The notes below the pieces were generated by a model, which was given only the letters and a program-made list of their open reading frames with translations, was not told where the DNA came from and made no database searches. The translations under genes and the position numbers were made by a program. A DNA stretch of 21,819 nt from Candidatus Parvarchaeum sp. Its GTDB lineage: Archaea > Nanobdellota > Nanobdellia > Parvarchaeales > Parvarchaeaceae. Location: NCBI GenBank assembly GCA_049965555.1, contig JBMFWF010000009.1, positions 1-21,819 of the forward strand, read 5' to 3'. Below, one piece after another: positions 1 to 7,780 of the stretch. How positions within the stretch are numbered: the first letter of the stretch is position 1; every line of letters starts with the position of its first letter.

Positions 1-16
1 AGGCTTTGGATTGCAT
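1..16 (-). CDS. Probable 5' end of a gene running off the left edge (MQSKA...)
   Basis: ATG at 16-14 on the minus strand, open to the edge, with an AAATATTTATA TATA-like box about 25 nt upstream (around 41-51). This is the leaderless geometry seen at other genes here. Only 5 codons are visible. Confidence 0.35.
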
Positions 17-396
17 ATTATTTTATATAAAAACAAAGAATATAAATATTTCTTAATTTGAAGGAATTGCCTTTTTTATTAGTAAAGGTAAAAAGCACCT
101 CTGATCTAATAATAAACATTCTTAAAGCATTATAGATTATGGATTACCCAGGGTTTAGGAAATATTTGCTATAAATTAAATTTTATGAAGGTGCCGCTTA
201 AATCTATCTAGTGCAATTATTAGACCATTAGATTAGTAAAAAAATATACTCCAATGCTGATTGCGATTTATGTGTCGGACCCGTATAAGAGAGAATAAAT
301 AAATCGTTTACTTAAGTCACCGGCAAGTTGAATGCCGCCGCGTTTGAAGACGAAAAGAAAAACACTAAAAGTGACACACAGATAATTCTTACAAAT

Positions 397-1665
397 TTAG
401 ATTTTAAGCAGCCACTTCCACAGTGGAATGAACTTTATCTTCTTGCCTTTTATCTTCTCCTCAGCTTCATAGTCCCAGGTTATGACCAGGAGATTATTAC
501 AATGCAATTCTTCGGAAGCCCGGAGCAGCGAAAATAGCTCCCTATCTTGCAAGTTGGTCTTATGACTAGCATACGTCACCTGTATAAGATTTGTAGGTTT
601 GTTGTTTGTAGTTATTACAAAGTCAACTTCTCTCTGCTGATAATCCTTCCAATAAAAGATGTCATAATTGCCTTTTCTTCTCAGTAATTCTATAAAAACC
701 GCATTCTCCATCTGTCTCCCTACCTCTTTATCGCCAGAAATGTTTGCAAAACCGTTATCGTTTAGGTATACTTTCTTTACGGATAACGACGATTTTCTCA
801 ATGAGGTGGAGAACCGCGGGACGAAAAAACAGAAAAATGAATCCTCAAACAACTGTACGTAAGAATATACGGTCTTTTGACTGACGTTTATACCCATGCT
901 TTTCAACGTTTTGTATTGTTTGCTTATCGAGAACTCTTTCCCAAAAGAAGACAGTATCGAAGTCATTAGCAGCTTTACGACAGAAATATTCCTTATCCCA
1001 AACCGTTCCGTTAGGTCTTTAAAAACCACTAGATCTAGGTACTGCCTAAAGAACTGGACGGGTTTTACATTATCGAATACTATGTCCGGGAATCCGCCAT
1101 TGGCTAGATAATTCGACAGCTCGTATTTTATACCGCTCACTTTCCCGCTTGATAGCGGCAGCGACAGAAGCATGCTCTTCGCTTTTAGCACCTCCTCAAA
1201 GGAAAGAGGGAGGACAATCAGTGGCAAAGCTCTGCCGCGCAAAGAAGTCGCTATTTCTCTGCTCAGTAATTTAGACGATGAACCAGTAATTACAACCTTA
1301 TATCTTTTTTTCTCATATAGCGTATAAATCAAGCGCTCCCATCCTTCAAGACTTTGAATCTCATCAAAAAATAGGTAATCCGGTTCTTTGCCATAAATCT
1401 CCTTCGACAGATATGGTGACTTTAATAGATCGTCCCGCCTAAATCTTATGGTATCCTCATCCTCGAAGTTAATGAATATGTAGTCTTCGGGTTTAAGCTG
1501 CCTCTCTTTTATAAATTCATATATGAGATAAGTTTTCCCAGCGCGCCTTGGCCCTATGATAGAGGTTATGAAGTTCACTACTGGCTCCAGCTTCAACCCC
1601 CGAGTTTTTACATCTAATGAGGCTATATCTTGTTTTTTGTCTACAAGATAACCTTTTATATCCAT
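397..1665 (-). CDS. AAA+ ATP-binding protein, COG1373 type (AAA_14 + DUF4143, C-terminal PD-(D/E)XK-like region)
   Basis: 422 aa. Walker A GPRRAGKT, Walker B FFDEIQ, family motifs ITGSSSKLL, LRGRA, GGFP, KKVYLNDNG and MENAVFIEL, and C-terminal YWK...EVDFVI...IQV. Confidence 0.93.
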   Translation of the reverse strand: MDIKGYLVDKKQDIASLDVKTRGLKLEPVVNFITSIIGPRRAGKTYLIYEFIKERQLKPEDYIFINFEDEDTIRFRRDDLLKSPYLSKEIYGKEPDYLFFDEIQSLEGWERLIYTLYEKKRYKVVITGSSSKLLSREIATSLRGRALPLIVLPLSFEEVLKAKSMLLSLPLSSGKVSGIKYELSNYLANGGFPDIVFDNVKPVQFFRQYLDLVVFKDLTERFGIRNISVVKLLMTSILSSFGKEFSISKQYKTLKSMGINVSQKTVYSYVQLFEDSFFCFFVPRFSTSLRKSSLSVKKVYLNDNGFANISGDKEVGRQMENAVFIELLRRKGNYDIFYWKDYQQREVDFVITTNNKPTNLIQVTYASHKTNLQDRELFSLLRASEELHCNNLLVITWDYEAEEKIKGKKIKFIPLWKWLLKI

Positions 1666-1670
1666 AGTAG

Positions 1671-1708
1671 TATAGGGGTAAAGATTATATTTAAAGTTTT
1701 CCCGTATA
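1671..1708 (-). promoter_or_regulatory. Promoter of the COG1373 gene (BRE + TATA) bracketed by an imperfect 13-bp inverted repeat
   Basis: Minus strand GGAAAAC-TTTAAATA (1702-1688), 22 nt before the ATG at 1665. Arms TATAGGGGTAAAG (1671-1683) and GTTTTCCCGTATA (1696-1708) are complementary at 10 of 13 positions. Confidence 0.65.
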
Positions 1709-1733
1709 ATAAATTTGCTTATGTTGCTTAAAA

Positions 1734-2065
1734 TTATTGCACAGGATAATTAATCGTGAAGGTCACGCCTGAATCTATACCAATTGCGGCAGGGTTTGCA
1801 TAATCTTTTATTGTCCCATTTAACGCCCAGAGATCAGCAATAATAGCAGTTGATACTGGTTTGTAATCTAATCTTTCATTATAAATATCCGACAACTGGG
1901 CTTGAGTCAATGTTGTGTTATAAATCTGAAAATTGGCTAAGAACCCCTGCATGCCCTTGTGTCGTCTAGAATGAGTATTGCCGATGGGTTTGAAACATAC
2001 CAACTATTGAAGTCGGACTACCTCCATCCAGATAAAGAGCTTGGGTCTTTCCGTATTTATTATAC
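1734..2065 (-). pseudogene. Truncated, frameshifted LamG / concanavalin-A-like (Laminin_G_3) surface-protein remnant
   Basis: The frame ending at 1966 has Y-x-x-x-G-x-TQALYLDG. The overlapping frame ending at 1734 has GFLANFQIYNTTLTQAQLSDIYN...LWALNG..KDY...G....GVTF. These are consecutive LamG motifs in different frames (shift near 1985-2005), and the N-terminus is missing. Confidence 0.72.
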
Positions 2066-2197
2066 AGGTGTAGCACTTTCAGCCTCCACCGAGACATGCC
2101 TTTTACAATATAATATTTGATTTTCCTATATTTGTACTTTTCCTTACCATCTCTCATCTCCCATCTTCGAAAGGGGAATTCTCGGCGGATTAGTTAA
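2064..2197 (-). mobile_element. Probable terminal remnant of an IS200/IS605-family element (no transposase)
   Basis: Minus strand TTTAACTAATCCGCCGAGAATTCCCCTTTCGAAGATGGGAGATGA contains an imperfect GC-rich hairpin. An AT-rich spacer follows, then a second hairpin GGTGGAGGCTGAAAGTGCTACACC. The layout resembles IS200/IS605 subterminal hairpin ends as I recall them, and it lies exactly at the LamG truncation point. Confidence 0.5.
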
Positions 2198-3287
2198 AAA
2201 TTTGGTTCTTAAAAGATTGATTACTAGATAATTTGCTTTTAATGAAATCCATAAACTGCTTTAAGTTATTTACTCTATTTTCTCCAGATGCCTTTATGAC
2301 CCTGTTCCTTACAGCAAGATCGAATGACTTGAGTTTTATGTCCGATATTAAACCAATCTCTACATCTATTTCATCGAGTTTTCTAAATGAACTAAAAAGG
2401 TTCCTGGCAATCTCTTCTGGCTCATATATGCTTCCTAAGATTATTTTTCTATTAGAATTTACCCTTGCTTTGTATTCCTCTGGTATCAAAACGGCAAACT
2501 TCAAGCCTTTTGATTCAAGGAACCTGCTTGCAGAGATCAGTCCATCCACGTTATCAAATAAAAACAGCGGTTTTCTAGGCGAATAATGCCGATACTTCAT
2601 GCCCGGCGACAGGACTTTTCCCTTTTTTACAGTTTCATTTATGCTTTTTGGGATTTTTATCTTTCCTAAAAACTTTTCCAGTTTATTCACATCATAAGAA
2701 CCAGGTCTAAGCAGCCTGTAAGGCTTTCTACTTACATCTACAACTGTAGATTCCAATCCGAATTTTGACTTGCCTCCGTCAATTATAACTGCAACTTTCC
2801 CTAAGAAATCTGCAACTGCATGCTTAGCTTCAGTTGCGCTCGGTAAAGTAGAGATATTTGCACTGGGTGCAGCTATAGGAACATCGCTTTCCTTTATTAA
2901 TTCCAAGGCAATCTTATTGCTTGGCATTCTTACAGCTACAGTATCCAATCCAGCCGTAACCATCTTCGGCAGGTTAATGCTCTTAAATATAAAAGTCACC
3001 GGGCCGGGCCATACCTTCCTTAAAACTACAAACAGATTAGCCGGAACAGCCGCTATTTCTTTAAGTTGATCCAAACTATATATATGTACAATTAAGGGAT
3101 TATCAACTGCCCTGTTCTTTACTTTAAAAATCTCTTTGCATGCTTTTTCATTGAAAGCACTGGCTCCTATTCCATAAACTGTCTCTGTTGGAAACACCAC
3201 TAGCTTTCCGCCTTTAATTTGATTTGCAGCGTATATTATCCCTTTCCTATCAATTTTACTTTCAGACATTTTAATTATCTTTGTCAT
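2190..3287 (-). CDS. sua5: L-threonylcarbamoyladenylate synthase Sua5 (t6A tRNA modification; YrdC + SUA5 domains)
   Basis: FPTETVYGIGA, K-x-R..DNPLIVH, WPGPVT, VAVRMP, PIAAPSANIS, ESTVVD, LLRPG, linker SPGMKYRHYSP and C-terminal ARNLFSSFRKLD...AVRNRVIKAS. Confidence 0.97.
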   Translation of the reverse strand: MTKIIKMSESKIDRKGIIYAANQIKGGKLVVFPTETVYGIGASAFNEKACKEIFKVKNRAVDNPLIVHIYSLDQLKEIAAVPANLFVVLRKVWPGPVTFIFKSINLPKMVTAGLDTVAVRMPSNKIALELIKESDVPIAAPSANISTLPSATEAKHAVADFLGKVAVIIDGGKSKFGLESTVVDVSRKPYRLLRPGSYDVNKLEKFLGKIKIPKSINETVKKGKVLSPGMKYRHYSPRKPLFLFDNVDGLISASRFLESKGLKFAVLIPEEYKARVNSNRKIILGSIYEPEEIARNLFSSFRKLDEIDVEIGLISDIKLKSFDLAVRNRVIKASGENRVNNLKQFMDFIKSKLSSNQSFKNQIFN

Positions 3288-4453
3288 ACATTAATTTTCC
3301 ACCTTCTAAAATTAATATTATTCAATAAAAGCAAAACAATTATGAGCAAGATTATAAAAACAAATGTAATCTTGAAACCTACCTTGTCTATTGAAAAGCC
3401 AGACAATGTTGGAAGAACCACTCCGACCGCCATCATTATTGCAAAGAAGTAGCTATTTGCAGCGTTTCTAAATCTTGCCTTGAATGACCTGCCAAGCGTG
3501 ATTATTGAAATAGGATATGCAAGTCCATGCGGTATCCCTAAAATAAGAAATGAAACTAGGAATATTTCTAGATTCCTTGAAAAAACCATTACTATTATGC
3601 CTATAAGCGTCAAAATGATCGTTTCATTCATCATAAGTTTTATGTTGCGAGGGGGCTTAACCGATAGATATATTCTAGATAAAAAGGAAGTAAGGAAAAA
3701 CAGGGAAAACACCAATGTAACAAATGAAAAAGATACATTGAAGGCGTCTTTCTCATATATTCCTGCGAATGCTATCAATACTGCAAAAGGTATGTTATAC
3801 GCCATTATATTGAAAACCGCCGAACGAAAGCCGTAATTTGAAAACACTTTGACCTTAACCCTTTTCTGCTTTTCAGCCGGAAACTTCATCAAAGGAGAAA
3901 GAACAAAAGAGATTAGGCCGAATAATGCAAATATAAGGAATGCTTCCCTTATATCTACAAATTTAAGTAGCTCCGACTCTATTAATGGCCCTATTATAAG
4001 GCTAAAACTTAACACTACTGTGTAAATTGACAGTACTCTGTCCCTAATTTTTGGATCCTTAAAAAGCCCGGCTGCAGTTATTATGTTAGGCATTATAAAG
4101 CCCAGAAGAACACCCATTACTGCTGCTAATACCCAGATGCTGTAAAAATTGGAAACCCATATACTGATGAATACGAGCATGTAAATGAAATTAGAAACTA
4201 TAAAAGCTATGCGCCTTTTGCTTGCCGATAACTTGGTATTTAAAAATGCAGTCGTAAGAAAAGTGGTAAAAGACAACAAAGCTGCTATTAATCCGACTTC
4301 TGTTTCAGAGAAACCAAAGTAGTACTTAACCAGCAATGGAACAGAAGTGGTGAGCATGTTGTTGCTTGCCCGTATTGAAAAGGTAATTATCATTATAATT
4401 AAGACTATGCTAACAAATGATACACCAGAATCCTTGACCTTGTTTTTTATCAT
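3284..4453 (-). CDS. Major facilitator superfamily transporter
   Basis: 389 aa with about 12 hydrophobic segments in a 6+6 layout, a hydrophilic central loop (PAEKQKRVKVK) and G-x-x-x-DKVG near the C-terminus. Its stop overlaps the sua5 start (ATGA at 3284-3287). Confidence 0.88.
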   Translation of the reverse strand: MIKNKVKDSGVSFVSIVLIIMIITFSIRASNNMLTTSVPLLVKYYFGFSETEVGLIAALLSFTTFLTTAFLNTKLSASKRRIAFIVSNFIYMLVFISIWVSNFYSIWVLAAVMGVLLGFIMPNIITAAGLFKDPKIRDRVLSIYTVVLSFSLIIGPLIESELLKFVDIREAFLIFALFGLISFVLSPLMKFPAEKQKRVKVKVFSNYGFRSAVFNIMAYNIPFAVLIAFAGIYEKDAFNVSFSFVTLVFSLFFLTSFLSRIYLSVKPPRNIKLMMNETIILTLIGIIVMVFSRNLEIFLVSFLILGIPHGLAYPISIITLGRSFKARFRNAANSYFFAIMMAVGVVLPTLSGFSIDKVGFKITFVFIILLIIVLLLLNNINFRRWKINV

Positions 4454-4459
4454 GAAACT

Positions 4460-4678
4460 CTACTTGTACTTTATTTTCATTATTTTAAACAGCCCCTTCC
4501 AGCGGTATAAAACAAGCCAACCAACTGCTAGATATGCTATCCCTATAAAGCTTGCGCCGTTTGGGCCGAAATACTTGGTTAAAAAAACAAGTATTAAGAC
4601 AAAACCGACCAAAAAATAGAGTATGACCACAGAAAAGAATATTTTCTTCTTTTTGCTGCTCAAGGCTTCAATTATCAT
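4460..4678 (-). CDS. Small two-TM membrane protein, first gene of the MFS-sua5 operon
   Basis: 72 aa, two hydrophobic helices flanked by Lys-rich ends (positive-inside rule). Ends 6 nt before the MFS start. Confidence 0.65.
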   Translation of the reverse strand: MIIEALSSKKKKIFFSVVILYFLVGFVLILVFLTKYFGPNGASFIGIAYLAVGWLVLYRWKGLFKIMKIKYK

Positions 4679-4722
4679 TAATGATTAATAATCTAATCAG
4701 TTATATCATTTTAATGACCATG

Positions 4723-4736
4723 GAAAGCTATTTATA
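4723..4736 (+). promoter_or_regulatory. BRE/TATA promoter of the EhpF-like gene, within an 81-bp divergent promoter region
   Basis: GAAAGC-TATTTATA ends 23 nt before the ATG at 4760, consistent with a leaderless transcript. Confidence 0.65.
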
Positions 4737-4759
4737 TCACAACTAATCACTATTATAAA

Positions 4760-5899
4760 ATGAATAATTATATAAAAAATCTAAGGAAATATACAAGGAG
4801 AGAAGGCTTCTTTCAAGGAGAGTGGCAGGGTTTTAAAAAGCCATTCGAAGAAGCGCTTTCAAGTAAAAACGGCGAAGATGGGATGCTTCTTTGGCTTAAA
4901 GCAATAGCAAAATATCACATAAATGAAGAAACGGGTTCAAGATATTGGATAGAAAGAGCAAAATCCAATGATATAACAAATGAAAAGATAGACAAAGCTG
5001 AAAGTTTAGACTCGCTTGTTTCTCTGCTTGGAAATTCGGATTCTAGTCTCTTAAAAAAAGAGAATGGCTACAGAGATTATTACATGCCAAAGAATTTCAA
5101 GCTGGAAGACATGTTCAAAAGTTCCTCTTCTGGAACTACAGGGCCGGCAAAGACGGTTTACCATACCCCCCAGTCATTGTCGGTTTCTGCAGTAAATGAA
5201 TACACTGGGATAAAGGCACAGTATCCCGTAGAGAGATTAAAAAACAAGAAATTATTGGCCGCAGGCCCAGTAGGTGCTTATCAAGAGGAACACAAAAAAC
5301 TTGCGGAGCTTCTTGGAATGGAATATGTGGGAAATGGGTTCGAAACAAGGGGATTAAAGCTCTTAAGCCCGCAGCAGATGATGCAGGCGATGAAACCCGT
5401 AATGGAAAAGGAAGCCTACTTATTAAAGCAAGGCAACGTTGGAATAGCTACAGCCGCAATGGAAATGCTTTCAATGTTACCTAAAGACCTGTTTTACGAT
5501 ACTGATTTAATAAAGGTGTCGGGTACACAGATAACTTCGGAAGGATTAAAAAAAGCAGAGAAAGAAATCGGCAAAAAGCTTATACCTATGTATGGCCACT
5601 ATGCAGGAAAATCCTCAATAGGATTCGCAGACGGGATTAGAACAGTTCATATAGGCGACAATAGAATCTATTTCAGCAGCGATATAGTCTATTTTCCATC
5701 ATTTCCACTTACATGCCTTTATATGAACAATGATGGAAATCCTATAGCATACGATCAAAAAGCACAGACAAAGATGATAGTTGCTGAGCCTGAATTACTG
5801 CTGATAAATGATGAGGATTACGCCGTCAAAAGAAAGGCAACAGGAGTAACAAAAGCCTTCAAGAAAATAGACGGTATTTCCGACATCTCTAGATCCTAA
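4760..5899 (+). CDS. EhpF-like adenylate-forming (ANL superfamily) protein lacking the C-terminal subdomain
   Basis: P-loop SSSGTTGPAK. Colinear matches to Pantoea EhpF as recalled from memory: YHINEETGSRYW (WHFSKETGSPFW), LLAAGPVG (LAAIPTG), FETRGLK (IDPRWVK), SGTQI (GGTEL), YG, YFPSFP, DEDYAVKR (ERDTAIR) and DGISDI. Ends where EhpF ends. Confidence 0.78.
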   Translation: MNNYIKNLRKYTRREGFFQGEWQGFKKPFEEALSSKNGEDGMLLWLKAIAKYHINEETGSRYWIERAKSNDITNEKIDKAESLDSLVSLLGNSDSSLLKKENGYRDYYMPKNFKLEDMFKSSSSGTTGPAKTVYHTPQSLSVSAVNEYTGIKAQYPVERLKNKKLLAAGPVGAYQEEHKKLAELLGMEYVGNGFETRGLKLLSPQQMMQAMKPVMEKEAYLLKQGNVGIATAAMEMLSMLPKDLFYDTDLIKVSGTQITSEGLKKAEKEIGKKLIPMYGHYAGKSSIGFADGIRTVHIGDNRIYFSSDIVYFPSFPLTCLYMNNDGNPIAYDQKAQTKMIVAEPELLLINDEDYAVKRKATGVTKAFKKIDGISDISRS

Positions 5900-5900
5900 T

Positions 5901-7256
5901 CTAATAGTGTTCTATTCCTCTTTTATCCATAATCTTAGGGCTCTTTAGTTTCTTAAGATCGTAGAAAGGAATTTTGTCTTTATCGACTAATTCTGCATCA
6001 AGCAAAGCTAATTTTTTGTCCAGTACATACTTTATTTCCATCTCCTCTTTGGATAATTTATCTAAAATTAAATTAATCAATTCCTCTTTGCTCCCATTAA
6101 ATTCATTTTTATAGAAGTAAAAAGTAATTTTATCCAGACCGCTTTCTCTTGTTATTTCGGCGTATCCCTCACCTAAATTTAGTTTTCTTGAAGTGAAAGC
6201 AAGCACGTCATCTATTATAATATCATCTAATTTTGATACGCTAAAGTTAACAAGCTTATTTGTCCTTCCAAGAAATTCTAAGTACATATAATCTTTGTCT
6301 ATACCAATAAACCTAACTTTTTCCTTTGTGTTGTAATTTATTAACGGCATGTGGTCATAGCCTTTCAATCCTTTGCTTGTCAATAGCAATTCGCCTTCAA
6401 GGCCTTTAAGTTTATTATTAGAAGGGTAATAAACCTTACCATCGGAATAAACCCCAAACTCATTGTTATACCTAGAGACTTTGAATATAAATATGTCAGT
6501 GGTATCTTTATTCTTTAAAGTTTCCTCCGTATAAAATTTGCTGCCACAAACTCTTTCAGTCGAAGCGATTAAATTTATTATGCCCTTTACAGGCATAAAT
6601 GAATAAAGTAACCTGCTTCGCTCTAAATTTAGCGGTTCTCCTCCTAACGCGATGTAAACTTCATTTTTGCTTATTAGACTAGCCAATTCTTTCCTAGCCT
6701 CCTTATCTAAATTATATACCTCCCTAAAAAGCAGAGATGGTAAACTAGTTATAAGTATCTTTTTATTCATTTCTTTGTGCGAATTAATTATATTATCGCA
6801 TTTCTTGAGTATTTCCAACATGCCTTGACCTGGTCCAGGATTTAGTTCTATTGAATTCCCTAATTCAGATATAGAAGACATCCCAATCCCGCTTATTGCG
6901 GGTCTTGGTGGCGCAACATTTACAGTTAAATAAGGCATTTCTCCAATCAGATCTTCATACATATTCACAAAAGATTGGCCAAGGAGCCGAATATCTTTAT
7001 AACTTGTAGGTATAACTTTAGGCCTACCAGTTGAACCGGAAGTTTGAAACAATGAAATATTAGTTCTTATATCTGGTATAAATTTATAAAAATCGTCAAG
7101 AAAACTCTCTCCCGATATTACCGGAACATTTTTAAGAGTATCTTCTAAATTTTTATGGCCAAACTTTTTTAAAGCACTATAGGAACTTGATTTATAAAAG
7201 TCGATATTCTTTAATGCGTATTCAAAAACTGGTTTAACTTCAGGCTTTGATTTCAT
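5901..7256 (-). CDS. Phenylacetate-CoA ligase / coenzyme F390 synthetase-like adenylate-forming enzyme (divergent)
   Basis: YA..NIDFYK start, P-loop TSGSTGRPK, GGEP, ASTE, GELLLTS, MPLINYNTKE (for PLIRYRTGD), hinge FLGR and C-terminal K..PKIMDKR. Confidence 0.85.
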   Translation of the reverse strand: MKSKPEVKPVFEYALKNIDFYKSSSYSALKKFGHKNLEDTLKNVPVISGESFLDDFYKFIPDIRTNISLFQTSGSTGRPKVIPTSYKDIRLLGQSFVNMYEDLIGEMPYLTVNVAPPRPAISGIGMSSISELGNSIELNPGPGQGMLEILKKCDNIINSHKEMNKKILITSLPSLLFREVYNLDKEARKELASLISKNEVYIALGGEPLNLERSRLLYSFMPVKGIINLIASTERVCGSKFYTEETLKNKDTTDIFIFKVSRYNNEFGVYSDGKVYYPSNNKLKGLEGELLLTSKGLKGYDHMPLINYNTKEKVRFIGIDKDYMYLEFLGRTNKLVNFSVSKLDDIIIDDVLAFTSRKLNLGEGYAEITRESGLDKITFYFYKNEFNGSKEELINLILDKLSKEEMEIKYVLDKKLALLDAELVDKDKIPFYDLKKLKSPKIMDKRGIEHY

Positions 7257-7780
7257 GGTATCACCTCCAGTAAAAATTTACATTCTGTGTCTCCTTTTGC
7301 TTTACAGTATATTTCTTTTGTTGAATATTTTTTATCCAGTAAACCTGTAAACAATGCATTTAAGCCACCTGCTAAAAAGAAGCAAATAGGTTTTTCTGTT
7401 TTACCAAAAATCTCAGCATATGTCTCTGCAAAGGGAGAAGGATTAGTCGAAATCAAAATTTTATCTTTATCAAAATTAAATATCATCTTTCCAAGACCAG
7501 ATGTCGCAACTACATTTGATATTAAATCAATAATTTTATTTATGTTATTATTAAACCTATTCTTATAATCCTCTACTAAGCCAGCTATACTAATTGAACC
7601 GGCGTTGTATACTTCAGTTTCATCATATTTTATAAGCTTTCCAATTAAAGAAACAAATATGCTCATATTTATAAGTACACCTGGCCTATTCATAAGTAGC
7701 AACCTATTGTTCTCAAACTTTATGTTTTTAGTTAAAAGCATCTCATTTAAGAAGTTATTAGGACTAACCTCATTTGACAT
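7253..7780 (-). CDS. V4R (4-vinyl reductase) small-molecule-binding domain protein with XylR_N-like N-terminus
   Basis: SGLGK, SPFAE, PICFFLAGGLNALF and EIYCKAKGDTECKF give the V4R C...E-x-x-C-x-x-x-G-x-x-x-C-x-F signature. Confidence 0.9.
   Translation of the reverse strand: MSNEVSPNNFLNEMLLTKNIKFENNRLLLMNRPGVLINMSIFVSLIGKLIKYDETEVYNAGSISIAGLVEDYKNRFNNNINKIIDLISNVVATSGLGKMIFNFDKDKILISTNPSPFAETYAEIFGKTEKPICFFLAGGLNALFTGLLDKKYSTKEIYCKAKGDTECKFLLEVIP
7261..7268 (-). promoter_or_regulatory. Shine-Dalgarno site for the PaaK-like gene
   Basis: GGAGGTGA 4 nt upstream of the ATG at 7256, inside the V4R 3' end, with an ATGA start/stop overlap. Confidence 0.8.

Noticed and set aside
316-375. Hammerhead ribozyme (TGAAGA...CGAAA)
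   Set aside because: No CUGANGA core and no stem II between the two motifs.
1966-2157. 63-aa ORF as a real gene
   Set aside because: It is a chimera of non-coding element-like sequence read into LamG remnant codons.
4760-7256. Phenazine biosynthetic cluster or phenylacetate catabolic operon
   Set aside because: No phz core genes, paa ring-attack genes, carrier protein or reductase in the window.
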